Assembly (NCBI GenBank): GCA_900767415.1
Contig: CAAFYZ010000045.1
Coordinates: forward strand, 5,777 to 69,776
Direction of reading: 5' to 3'
Length of the DNA: 64,000 bases
Source: Clostridia bacterium
GTDB taxonomy: Bacteria; Bacillota; Clostridia; Oscillospirales; CAG-272
Under the pieces are notes generated by a model, which worked only from the letters and a program-made list of their open reading frames with translations, was not told where the DNA came from and ran no database searches. Below, piece by piece: positions 18,967 through 28,800 of this stretch (positions within the stretch are counted from its first letter, which is position 1; each line of letters begins with the position of its first letter). The position numbers were made by a program, and so were the translations under genes.

Positions 18967-20169
18967 ATGAAAATTCTTGTCATCAATGCCGGTAGCTCGT
19001 CGCTGAAATTCCAGCTTATCGACATGGAGAACGAACAGGTAATCGCAAAAGGAATCTGCGAGGAGATCGGCGGGATCTCGAAGTTCAAGCTGAAGGTGCC
19101 GGGCAGAGAAGACTATAAGCCCGAGGTGTCCTTCCCGACCCACGCGGAGGCGTTGCAGTTCGTCCTCGATACGCTCGTGGATCGGACGCACGGCGTGCTC
19201 ACCTCGGTCGACGAGATCGGCGCGGTCGGACACCGCGTCCTGCACGGAGGAGAAAAACTTTCCGGTTCGGTGCTCGTTACCGAAGAGGTGAAAAAGATCA
19301 TCGACGAATGTAAGGATCTCGGACCTCTTCACAACCCCGCGAACCTGAAGGGGATCGTGGAGTGCGAGAAGATCATGAAGGTGCCGCAGGTCGCCGTCTT
19401 CGACACCGGCTTCCACCAGACGATGCCCGACTATGCGTATATGTACGCGCTCCCGTATGAATATTACGAAAAATACAAGATCCGCCGCTACGGCTTCCAC
19501 GGTACCTCGCACCGCTTCGTTTCGGGACGCTGTGCCGAGTTGATGGGCAAGAAGCCGGAAGAAGTGAACGTCGTGACCTGCCACCTCGGCAACGGGGCGT
19601 CGGTCAGTGCCGTCAAGGGCGGCAAGTGCTACGACACCTCGATGGGCGTCACCCCGCTTGAGGGCATTATGATGGGGACCCGCTCGGGCAACATCGACCC
19701 CGCGATCATTCCCTATCTCATGCGCAAAGGGGAACTGACGAGTGCCGACGAGATCGACAAAATGCTCAATAAGAAGTCGGGCATGCTCGGTGTCTCGGGC
19801 GTCAGCAGCGACAACCAGCAGATCGAGCGCGGCGCAAGAGAAGGCAACGAGAGATGCCGCCTCGTTGAAAAGATGTACTGCCATCAGCTGACAAAACTCG
19901 TCGGTGGCTATATCGCCGCGATGGGCGGTGCGGATGCGATCGTCTTTACCGGCGGCATCGGAGAAAACAATCCGAAGTACCGCGCGGCGGTCGGGGAAAA
20001 GCTCGCCTTCCTCGGCGTGAAGATCGACTCTGAGAAGAACGACACCCGCGGACAGGAGATCGAGATCTCCACGCCCGACTCCACGCTGAAAGTATACGTC
20101 ATTCCGACCAACGAAGAGCTTGTCATCGCAAGAGACACGCTCGCCATCGTGAACGGACTGAAAAAGTAA
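18967..20169 (+). CDS. ackA: acetate kinase
   Basis: MKILVINAGSSSLKFQL, GHRVLHGG, RRYGFHGTSH, VFTGGIGEN. Confidence 0.95.
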   Translation: MKILVINAGSSSLKFQLIDMENEQVIAKGICEEIGGISKFKLKVPGREDYKPEVSFPTHAEALQFVLDTLVDRTHGVLTSVDEIGAVGHRVLHGGEKLSGSVLVTEEVKKIIDECKDLGPLHNPANLKGIVECEKIMKVPQVAVFDTGFHQTMPDYAYMYALPYEYYEKYKIRRYGFHGTSHRFVSGRCAELMGKKPEEVNVVTCHLGNGASVSAVKGGKCYDTSMGVTPLEGIMMGTRSGNIDPAIIPYLMRKGELTSADEIDKMLNKKSGMLGVSGVSSDNQQIERGAREGNERCRLVEKMYCHQLTKLVGGYIAAMGGADAIVFTGGIGENNPKYRAAVGEKLAFLGVKIDSEKNDTRGQEIEISTPDSTLKVYVIPTNEELVIARDTLAIVNGLKK

Positions 20170-20233
20170 TTTTTGTTGAATTTGTAAAGCAGTCTTTGCA
20201 AAAAACGCATAGATTCCTTTCGGAGATCGCAAA

Positions 20234-20737
20234 ATGTATGATGAACTGACCGAAGTAGACATTAAAAAAATGCAGGAGGAGATCGACTACCGCACCTCGG
20301 TGCTCGGTCCTCAGCTGCTCGCGGAGATGAAGCGCACGCGGGAGTTCGGCGATCTGAGCGAGAACGCCGAATACAAAGAGGCGAAGCGCGAAAAGCGCAG
20401 GAACGAAGGGCGGATCCGCTATCTTGACAACATGATCCGCACGGCGCATATCATTTCGGTAGAGAAAAAAGAGAACCGCGTCGCGCTCTTCGACTATGTC
20501 ACGATCTACAACGAGGCGCGCGGAGAAGAGAAGAAGATTCAGCTTGTCACCACCCTCCGTCAGGACGCCCTGCACGGATTCGTCAGCAAGGAGTCGCCCC
20601 TCGGCAGTGCCGTCATGGGACGGCGTGTGGGAGAGCGCGTGACGGTAGCCGTCGCGCCGGGACGCTCTTATGTGGTCGAGATCCGCGCGATCGAGCGCGG
20701 AGAGGATAACGAGGATCTCCCGATCAGCGGTTATTGA
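20234..20737 (+). CDS. greA: transcription elongation factor GreA
   Basis: GDLSENAEYKEAKRE coiled-coil motif and C-terminal ESPLGSAVMGRRVGE. Confidence 0.95.
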   Translation: MYDELTEVDIKKMQEEIDYRTSVLGPQLLAEMKRTREFGDLSENAEYKEAKREKRRNEGRIRYLDNMIRTAHIISVEKKENRVALFDYVTIYNEARGEEKKIQLVTTLRQDALHGFVSKESPLGSAVMGRRVGERVTVAVAPGRSYVVEIRAIERGEDNEDLPISGY

Positions 20738-20756
20738 AGAAGAAAAGGAGATTTCC

Positions 20757-21686
20757 ATGCCCGAGATCACATTGGCAAGACTGAACGAACTTGCAACCTC
20801 TCCCGAGCGCACGATCGCCGCGGCGGAGACGGAATATCATGCGAAGATCGCGTCCGCCGCGGACACGGTCGTCTCGCACGGGATCCGCGCCGTCCTGCTC
20901 GCGGGCCCCTCCGGCGCGGGGAAGACCACGACGGCGAACCTGCTCGCCGACGCGATCCGCGAGACGGGACACGCGGGACTTGTCGTCTCGCTCGACGATT
21001 TTTATCTCGACAGTGCCGATCCGCGCTATCCGCGCTTTGCCGACGGCTCCCGCAATATGGAGTGTGCCGAGGCGCTCGACCTCGACACGGTGCGTGCGAC
21101 GCTCGGAGATATTCTCGCGGGGCGTCCGTTCGCCGTGCCGAAGTACGACTTCAAGTGCTCTGCCCGCACCGGCGTGACGGAGTATTCCGCGCTGACCGAC
21201 GGCTGTGTCGTGATCGAAGGACTTCACGCATTGAACCCGCAGATCGCAGGGGATCTCACGACCGACGCACTTCTTCGTATTTTTGTCAGCGTGTCAACAA
21301 ATATTGTCAATTCGGAAGGAAAACGTCTGCTTTCCGGTCGGAAGATGCGCTTCGTCCGCCGCCTTGTGAGGGATCATCTGTACCGCGGTGCGACGGCAGA
21401 ACATACGCTCTCGCTCTGGCGACAGGTACTGGCGGGTGAGGATGCGTATCTCTATCCTTATAAGGACAGCGCACAGTTGTATTTCGATACCTTCCATACC
21501 TTCGAGCCGGGGGTCATGCGCCCCTTCGCCGAGCAGATGACGGATGCGGCATCTCTTGCCGACCCGTATATGCGGGCGGTCGCCTGCGCCCTGGAACAGA
21601 TCGCCCCGATCTCCGACACGCTCGTCCCCGACACCTCTTTGATCCGCGAATTTATCCCCGGCGGAAAATACGAATATCTGTATTGA
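20757..21686 (+). CDS. uridine kinase/phosphoribulokinase-family nucleoside kinase-like P-loop protein
   Basis: P-loop LLAGPSGAGKTTTANLL, SLDDFYL, VVIEGLHALNP. Start at ATG 20757 after GGAG. Confidence 0.7.
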   Translation: MPEITLARLNELATSPERTIAAAETEYHAKIASAADTVVSHGIRAVLLAGPSGAGKTTTANLLADAIRETGHAGLVVSLDDFYLDSADPRYPRFADGSRNMECAEALDLDTVRATLGDILAGRPFAVPKYDFKCSARTGVTEYSALTDGCVVIEGLHALNPQIAGDLTTDALLRIFVSVSTNIVNSEGKRLLSGRKMRFVRRLVRDHLYRGATAEHTLSLWRQVLAGEDAYLYPYKDSAQLYFDTFHTFEPGVMRPFAEQMTDAASLADPYMRAVACALEQIAPISDTLVPDTSLIREFIPGGKYEYLY

Positions 21687-21691
21687 TCCGA

Positions 21692-21731
21692 AACAAGCGA
21701 CCGTCCGACACCTGTCGGACGGTCGCTTGTT
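21692..21731. terminator. long perfect hairpin between convergent genes (bidirectional terminator candidate, no clear U-tract)
   Basis: AACAAGCGACCGTCCGACA-cc-TGTCGGACGGTCGCTTGTT. Confidence 0.55.
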
Positions 21732-21741
21732 CACTTGTTCG

Positions 21742-22731
21742 TTACGGCAAAAATCGGTAGCGGTACAGATAGTCATTCCCGGCACTCTTGTTTTCGACGG
21801 TTTTTACCGGTTTGATTTTTCGGTATTCGGTCGGAGAATATCCGATCGCGGCGGTGAACGCACGCACAAAATGCGATACGTCGTAAAAGCCGACTTCTTC
21901 CGCGACCCGTGCGACGGTCATGTCGGTATTCCGCAGGAGCTGTCCCGCGCTTTTGATCCGCTCTTTCTGAATGAAACGGTGCGGGGACATGCCGATGATC
22001 TGGTTGAACTTTCGGAGGAAGGAGGAGCGCGAGAGGTGCGCCGCTTCCGCGAGTGCTTCGATCGTGAGCGGCTCGGCGAGATGTTCGAAGATCATCGTCA
22101 GAGCTTGCGAAAAGAAGGCATCGTCTTTGTACTCCGCCGCGCGGGTACGCTCGTACTCTTCGCAGAGAATGGCGATGATCGTCATACATTCGCACGCGGC
22201 GATCAGAGCGGCGGATTCGTACTGTTGGTCGAGAGCGTGCAGGGCGTCGAGCCGAGCCGTGACTTCTGCGAGTGTCTCGTCCTTCAGGAGAATATGATAA
22301 AAGAAACCGCCCGTCGCCCGCATCAGCGGCTCGACCTCGAAGAGACTGAGAAATCCCGGCAGAGGTCGGAGACTCGACAGGTACATCTCGAAAAAGCGCG
22401 GGTGAAAAATCAGATTGTAGATCCGAAAATTGTCCGACGCGCCACGGTAGGCGTGGCGATGGTTCGGCGGAATGATGAAGACGTCTCCCCGCGTGGCGGG
22501 AATGCTCCGATCTCCCATGTAGTGTGTGCCTTCTCCCGCGAGAATAAAATTGATTTCGTAGAAAGTATGCGCGTGATAGCCGAGGTCCGCCTTCGGTTCG
22601 ACATACGCCTTCGCAACCCGGTGGTTGATTCCGAAGATCCAGTCGGTGCGGTACAGGGCGACGATATCGTTTTCGATTGCTTCTCTGTTGCTTCCCGGAT
22701 TTTTCGCCGTTTGGTTCGGAACATCTGCCAT
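21742..22731 (-). CDS. AraC family transcriptional regulator (cupin sensor + HTH)
   Basis: N-terminal cupin-like HAHTFYEINFILAGEG and C-terminal AraC HTH (LTIEALAEAAHLSRSSFLRKF...ARVAEEVGFYDVSHFVRAF...SPTEYRK). Start at ATG 22731 (GGAGG 5 nt upstream). Confidence 0.85.
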   Translation of the reverse strand: MADVPNQTAKNPGSNREAIENDIVALYRTDWIFGINHRVAKAYVEPKADLGYHAHTFYEINFILAGEGTHYMGDRSIPATRGDVFIIPPNHRHAYRGASDNFRIYNLIFHPRFFEMYLSSLRPLPGFLSLFEVEPLMRATGGFFYHILLKDETLAEVTARLDALHALDQQYESAALIAACECMTIIAILCEEYERTRAAEYKDDAFFSQALTMIFEHLAEPLTIEALAEAAHLSRSSFLRKFNQIIGMSPHRFIQKERIKSAGQLLRNTDMTVARVAEEVGFYDVSHFVRAFTAAIGYSPTEYRKIKPVKTVENKSAGNDYLYRYRFLP

Positions 22732-22751
22732 GGGCACCTCCATTGAAACGA

Positions 22752-22781
22752 TTTTACATTAAAAAGACACTCTTTTACATT
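22752..22781. promoter_or_regulatory. two direct TTTTACATT repeats 21 bp apart, candidate AraC-family operator
   Basis: TTTTACATT at 22752-22760 and 22773-22781. The proximal copy abuts the weak -35 region of the GH95 promoter. Both copies lie just downstream of the AraC -10 box. Confidence 0.4.
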
Positions 22782-22782
22782 T

Positions 22783-22811
22783 ATTTTATCACACCTTTTT
22801 GCTAAAATCAA
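22783..22811 (-). promoter_or_regulatory. promoter of the AraC regulator gene
   Basis: On the minus strand: TTGATT (22811-22806), 17 bp, TAAAAT (22788-22783). Confidence 0.6.
22800..22808 (+). promoter_or_regulatory. extended -10 element of the GH95 gene promoter (no good -35)
   Basis: TGcTAAAAT. The hexamer 17 bp upstream is TTTATT. It overlaps the -35 of the divergent AraC promoter. Confidence 0.45.
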
Positions 22812-22869
22812 GATAGCGGACGAATTTTCCGCAAAAGCACAATCCCCCCATAGGGAGAAAGGTGAAAAT

Positions 22870-25800
22870 ATGAAAAAGAAAGGGCTTGGAAAAAAGATTC
22901 TTGCCGGCGCGCTTGCGTTTGTCATGCTGGCAGGGTCCTTCGCGACACTGGCACCCGCGGTGTCTTCTGCCGCCGGTTATCGCGATCCCATCTCGGAAGA
23001 CGACATGCCACTCAAACTTCGTTATGACAGCCCGGCGTCTCACGGCGTCGGCACGGCACTCGAAAACATTTCGGACTGCCAGGGGAGCAACTCCCCGAGC
23101 AAAATCACACAGAACGTCAACGACGACTGGGAACGCTGGTCGCTGCCGCTCGGCAACGGCTACTTCGGCGTCAACGTCTTCGGCAGGACCGACAGCGAGC
23201 GGCTGACGATCGCCGACAAGACGCTCTTCAACCAATACGGCAGCTGGACGAACAACCTCGGCGGTCTGAATACCTTCTCGGAGACGTATATCGACTTCGG
23301 TCACGCCGAGAGCGGGATTTCGGATTACGAGCGCACGCTGGATCTGCATACGGCACTGTCTTCGGTGGAATATACCTACGGCAGTGTAAAATACACGCGC
23401 GAGTACTTCACAAGCTACCCCGACAAGGCACTTGTGGTACGCCTGCGTGCGTCGGAAGGTGGGAAACTCTCCTTTACGCTCCGACCGACCATTCCGTACG
23501 AGCAGGATAAGGCGTACGATTCTACGTTTGTCAAAGACACGAACAACACCGCCTCGAAAGAGGGGACCGTCGTATCGAAGGTGACGGGCGGCGTCGGCGA
23601 GATCGAACTCTCCGGCACGATGGGGTGCTACGGCACCGACTTCGTCGGTCTGTACCGCGTCTACACCGCGGACGGCACGGTCAGCGCGGGCACGGTAACC
23701 ACATCGCATAAACATTCGGACGGTTCGACCCACGAGGACATCGACGGTACGATCCGCGTCGAGGGCGCGAGCGACGCCTACATCGTCCTGACGCTCGGGA
23801 CGGACTATGAGCTTTCCTCCGAGATTTTCACGGCGGACAGGGCGAACAAGCCGACGCAGACCACCGACCTCGCCTATGCCCGCGAGAAGGTGAACGGCTA
23901 TCTTTCCGCCATCACCGCCCGCACGGAAGGGAAAACCTATGAGGCGGGATACGAGGCACTGAAAGCCGCACACCTCGCCGATTATCAGAACCTTTTCGGC
24001 AGAGTGACGCTGAATCTTGCCTGTTCCGAAGACGATATGGTCAAGACGACCGATGCACTCCTTGCCGCATACAAGGCGGGAGAGGGGAGCACCTATCTCG
24101 AAGCCCTCTATTTCCAGTACGGAAGATACCTTCTGATCGCCTCGTCGAGAAAGGGCGCACTCCCCGCGCATCTGCAGGGCGCGTGGAACCGCTACAACTA
24201 CTCGCCGTGGTCGAGCGGATACTGGCACAACATCAACGTACAGATGAACTACTGGCCGGCATTCTCCACGAACCTTGCCGAGACGTTTGAAAGTTACGTC
24301 GATTATAACGCCGCGTACATGGCGCAGGCGAAAAAGAACGCCGACGCTCTGATCGGGCAGTATTATCCCGACAAAAACGGCGCGGACGGCGGCAACGGCT
24401 GGGCACTGCACCACGGTGCGTACCCCTACGGCGTCAACGGTGACCGCAGTGCGGGCAACATCGGCTTTACCACCCAGCTCTTCTGGGAATATTATGCTTA
24501 CACGCAGGATAAGAGTGCCCTCGCGAACGTGGTCTATCCCGTCCTCGCCGAGGCGGCACGGTACATCACCAAGGTCGTCGTCAAGGACGCCGAGGGCAAC
24601 TATCTCGTCGAATATTGCGACTCTCCCGAGCAGTATAAGGACGGCGCATGGTACTATACCTCGGGCACGACCTATGCGCAGACCTTCGCCTATCTGAACA
24701 ACTATCACACCCTCCTCGCCGCAAAAGAGGCGGGCATCGACATCACCGATTCCGCGGTGCTGTCCGAGGAAGAAAACAAAATCCTCGCGACCGTGATGGA
24801 ACAGCTCGACCACTACGACCCGATCCTCGTCGGTCTTTCGGGACAGATCAAGGAGTTCCGCGAGGAAGAGTATTACGGTGACATCGGAGAATATAAGCAC
24901 CGCCACATCTCCCAGCTCGTCGGTCTCTACCCCGGCGACATCATCAACTCCACCACCCCCGCATGGCTCGACGCCGCGAAGTACTCGCTCACCGAGCGCG
25001 GTGACGAGGCGACCGGTTGGGGCGTCGCCCACCGCCTGAACCTCTGGGCGCGTACCAAAGACGGCAACCGCACCTATAAACTTTTACAGCAGCTTCTGAA
25101 GAACAACACGGCGACCAACCTTTGGGACCTGCACCCGCCGTTCCAGATCGACGGTAACTTCGGCGGCACCGCGGGCATCTCCGAAATGCTTCTGCAGAGC
25201 CATGAAGGGTATATCGAACCGCTCGCCGCGATCCCCGATGCGTGGGCGGACGGCTCGTACACCGGACTTGTCGCGAGAGGGAACTTTACCGTCGGGGCAA
25301 GATGGGCGGACGGCGTGCTGAACGCCGTCGACATCACCTCCGGTACGGGCGGTACCTGCCGCATCAAGGCGGACGGGATCACCTCCGTCAGAGTGACCAC
25401 CGCATCGGGCAAGAGCGTGAGCGCGAAGGTCTCGGGCGGGATCCTCTCCTTTGAGACCGTCGCGGGCGAGACGTATCTTCTCTCCGGTTTTTCCAAGGTG
25501 ACAAAATCGAATTCCGTGACCTCTCTTGACGCGGTCTACACCGCGACGGGCCCCGTAACCCTTACCTTCGGGAAGGTGAACGGCGCCGTCTCTTACAATA
25601 TTTATAAAGCGGTCGGGAACGCCTCCGACTACACCTTCCTTGCGAACACCGCGGAAAACGCTTATACCGACCGCCGTGCGACCGAGGAGATGACCTCCCG
25701 CGCGACATACGCCGTCACGGCGATCAACGCCGACGGGGTCGAGAGCGAGCGTTCTCTCGCCTATATCATTCCGACCGACACGGAGGCGAAGATCAACCGC

Positions 25801-28800
25801 CTGACCGCCTGCGTCACCGAGAGCGGCGAGTTGCAGGTGACGGTCGACGCTACGACCGCGACGGCAAAGTATAAGCTGTACAGCAAAAACCAGTCGTCCG
25901 ACGCATGGACGCTCGTTACGGAGAGCGGCTATCCCGTCCTCTTCTGCACATACGACGCGGCGAAGACCTACGGCGTCTCTCTGATCAATTATTTCGACGG
26001 TACCGAGACTGCCGTGACGACGGTCGTGGACTTCAATTCCACGGGGGATGTCGGCTACTCTCCCTCGAACCTTCTGAAGGGCAAGACCTTCGTCCCCACC
26101 GCGGCGGCACTCGCCACGGTGCACGCACCCGCCTACGGCTACGCGACCCTGACCGACGGCTCCATGCACCCGACGACGGGACGCTTTTCGACAAAGACGG
26201 CATCGACCTCTCTCTTCGACGCGACCGCGACGCTTGACGGTGCGTATCTTCTCTCCGAACTTCGTCTTTACGACTTCGGTCCGTCGATGACCGCCTGCAA
26301 TTACGCCGGCCGTGACATGAAGATCGAAGTCTCCCGTCTCGGCGTGTGGACGACCGTGTGGGAAGGAACCAACGCCGAAATGCTGAAACTGCGCACCAAG
26401 GACGCGGACGGCACGATGTGCCTCGCCTTCGACCTCGGTGTCGTCGAGGCGGACGCAATCCGCCTTTCGAGCACCGCGCCCATGACGGATATGTCGATCA
26501 GCATCTACGAGCTTCGTCTTTCGGGTATTTACCTTGAGGGCGCGGCGAGTCTTATCACCAAGGACAATATCTTCGAGGGCAAGACCTTTACCGCGGGCGC
26601 GCAGGCAACGAAACTTCAGATCGGAAACTACGGGAAACTGACCGACGGTGTCTATGCCTTTGTGGAAAACGGTGAAGAGGTTGCGAAGGACTATTCCAAC
26701 CGTCTGGAAGTCGCGAAGGCAACCCCGGCGATTCTCGACGCCGTGATGGATCTCGGGCAGAAGACCGTTCTGAACCAACTTCGTCTTTACGATTGCAACA
26801 CATGGGCTGCTGCCGCCAACGAGGCGGGAACCGACATCTCCGTCCGCGTTTGTAATGACGGAGTGTGGAGTGAGGTAAAGCACGTCACGCTCGTCGGCGG
26901 GACGGGCAACAACATTCAAACGACCTACAGAAAGATTCAGGGCAAGCGTGACCCGGTCAAGAACCAGTGGCTTCAGTTTGAACTGGACGGCGTCGAGGCG
27001 GAACAGATTGAAATTCTGATTACCCATAACAATCACCGGATTATCTATTATGAATTCGAGTGTACGGGTGCCACTATCGGAAATCCTTCCGTCGGAGGAG
27101 AAAGACGCGAACTCTTCGCGGGCAAGACCTTTACCAAAGGCAAGGAGGCGACCGCGATCGCAAACGGTAGTGCCGATTACGCGTCTTTGACCGACGGCGT
27201 CTTTGCCAAGATGGAAGACGGCAAGGAAGCAGGCGGTATTTTCAATCGTCAGGTCAGAACCGAGAACTACGGTGCCATTGACGCTGTTATGGATTTCGGC
27301 ACGGCGATGATCGTCGACGAACTTCGTCTTTACGATGTTTACCCGTGGAGCAAGGGCGCGTCCAACGCCGGTACGGAGATTATCGTCCGCGCGTATCGCG
27401 ACGGCGCATGGAGCGAGGTAAAGCGTCTTGAACTGACGACCGGCTCCGATAATTATACCTATGTAAACGGCGAACTTGTCACCTCGTGGCGAGGCACTTC
27501 GGGCAGTGCCGCGGATCCTGTCAAAAACCAGTGGCTCGAGATCAATCTCGGCGGCGTTCGTGCCGAGCAGATTGAGATCGTCTGCAAGGGCTCGAAGGTT
27601 GTCGCCTTCTACGAATTCGAGGGCTACGGAAGACCCGCGAGTGCGGAGGTTGCCGGCAGCAACACCCTCTCGGGACTGCAGGAGAAGGACCTGACCGCCT
27701 CCGTCCCCGCGCACAACTCCGGGAGATTCCCCTTTACGAACGCCTTCGACGGCGATCTTACGACACGCTTCGCCGTTGCGGATAACCTTGCGGACGGCTA
27801 CTCGCTCGAGATGAACCTCGGTGTCGCGAGAAACCTGTATACCCTCCGCGTTTACGACTTCAAGGGCGGTAAGGTCGACGGCGTCGCCGCGTCCCGCAGT
27901 AACGACACCGATATCGAAGTGTATACCGACGGTATGTGGATCAAAGTCGTGAAGGGCGCGACGCTCTCCCCGACGGACGCGTTTACCTCCTTCGATCTGC
28001 ACGGCGTGAAGGCGAGCAAAATCCGGATTCACTTCAACAACACGCAGACCTTCGACGGCGGCACGAAGCCCTCGGCGTCGGTCTATGAGATCACCTGCAC
28101 CACCGGAATGTCTTCGGTGGATAAGGGAGAGATGTTCCGGGCGTATACTTCGATTCCCGCCATGGAAGAGGGCGCCGACGGCGAGGCACTCGCGGAATAT
28201 ACGAAGGCGATGAACACCTTCCGCGCCATGCTGACCGATCCCGAGGCGGACAACGCGACGATCGCCGCCTACACCGCCCGCATGAAAAAATATGCCGAAA
28301 CCGCCGACACGCACGCATACGGTGCGTGGGAGACGGTCACGGCGGGGACGGGACACGGCAAGAGTACCGAACGGCGCGTCTGCAAGAACCACCCCGAGGT
28401 GAGCGAGACCCGTGAGGTATCTCTCGTGACGGACAACCGCGCCCTTGCCACCGACCGTCTGCCCGACGGCTACTTTGCGGGCAAGACGATCGTCACCATC
28501 GGCGACAGCATCACCTACGGCTATCAGCTGATCGACGGTCAGCACTCACAGATCAAGGCATACGGCGCGTGGCTTGAGGATCTCCTCGGAGCCAAGGTGA
28601 AAAACCTCGGTATCAGTGGTACCGTCATCACAAGCGATACTTACCGTACACTGAACAATACCCTGACAAGAGAAAACGTCGCGGGCGCGGACGTCGTGAC
28701 GATCTGCCTCGGAGCGAACGACTGGGATTGCAGCTTTATCAAGCGGAACGATAAGGACTACTTTACCCTCGGCGAGTACGGCTCGACCGACAAGACGACC

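Noticed and set aside
16743-19088. 781-aa minus-strand ORF spanning the HD, MATE and DUF212 genes.
   Set aside because: It is antisense to three well-supported genes and crosses their intergenic gaps. The composition is biased (R/D/E/G-rich) and no domain signature is present.
22789-28545. Very long minus-strand ORFs (747 aa at 22789-25032 and 1,153 aa at 25084-28545) antisense to the GH95 gene.
   Set aside because: The translations are Arg/Gly/Val/Asp-rich and low in complexity, with no recognisable motifs or RBS. The plus-strand frame has unmistakable GH95, discoidin and SGNH motifs. Long antisense ORFs are the expected artefact of high-G+C coding DNA.
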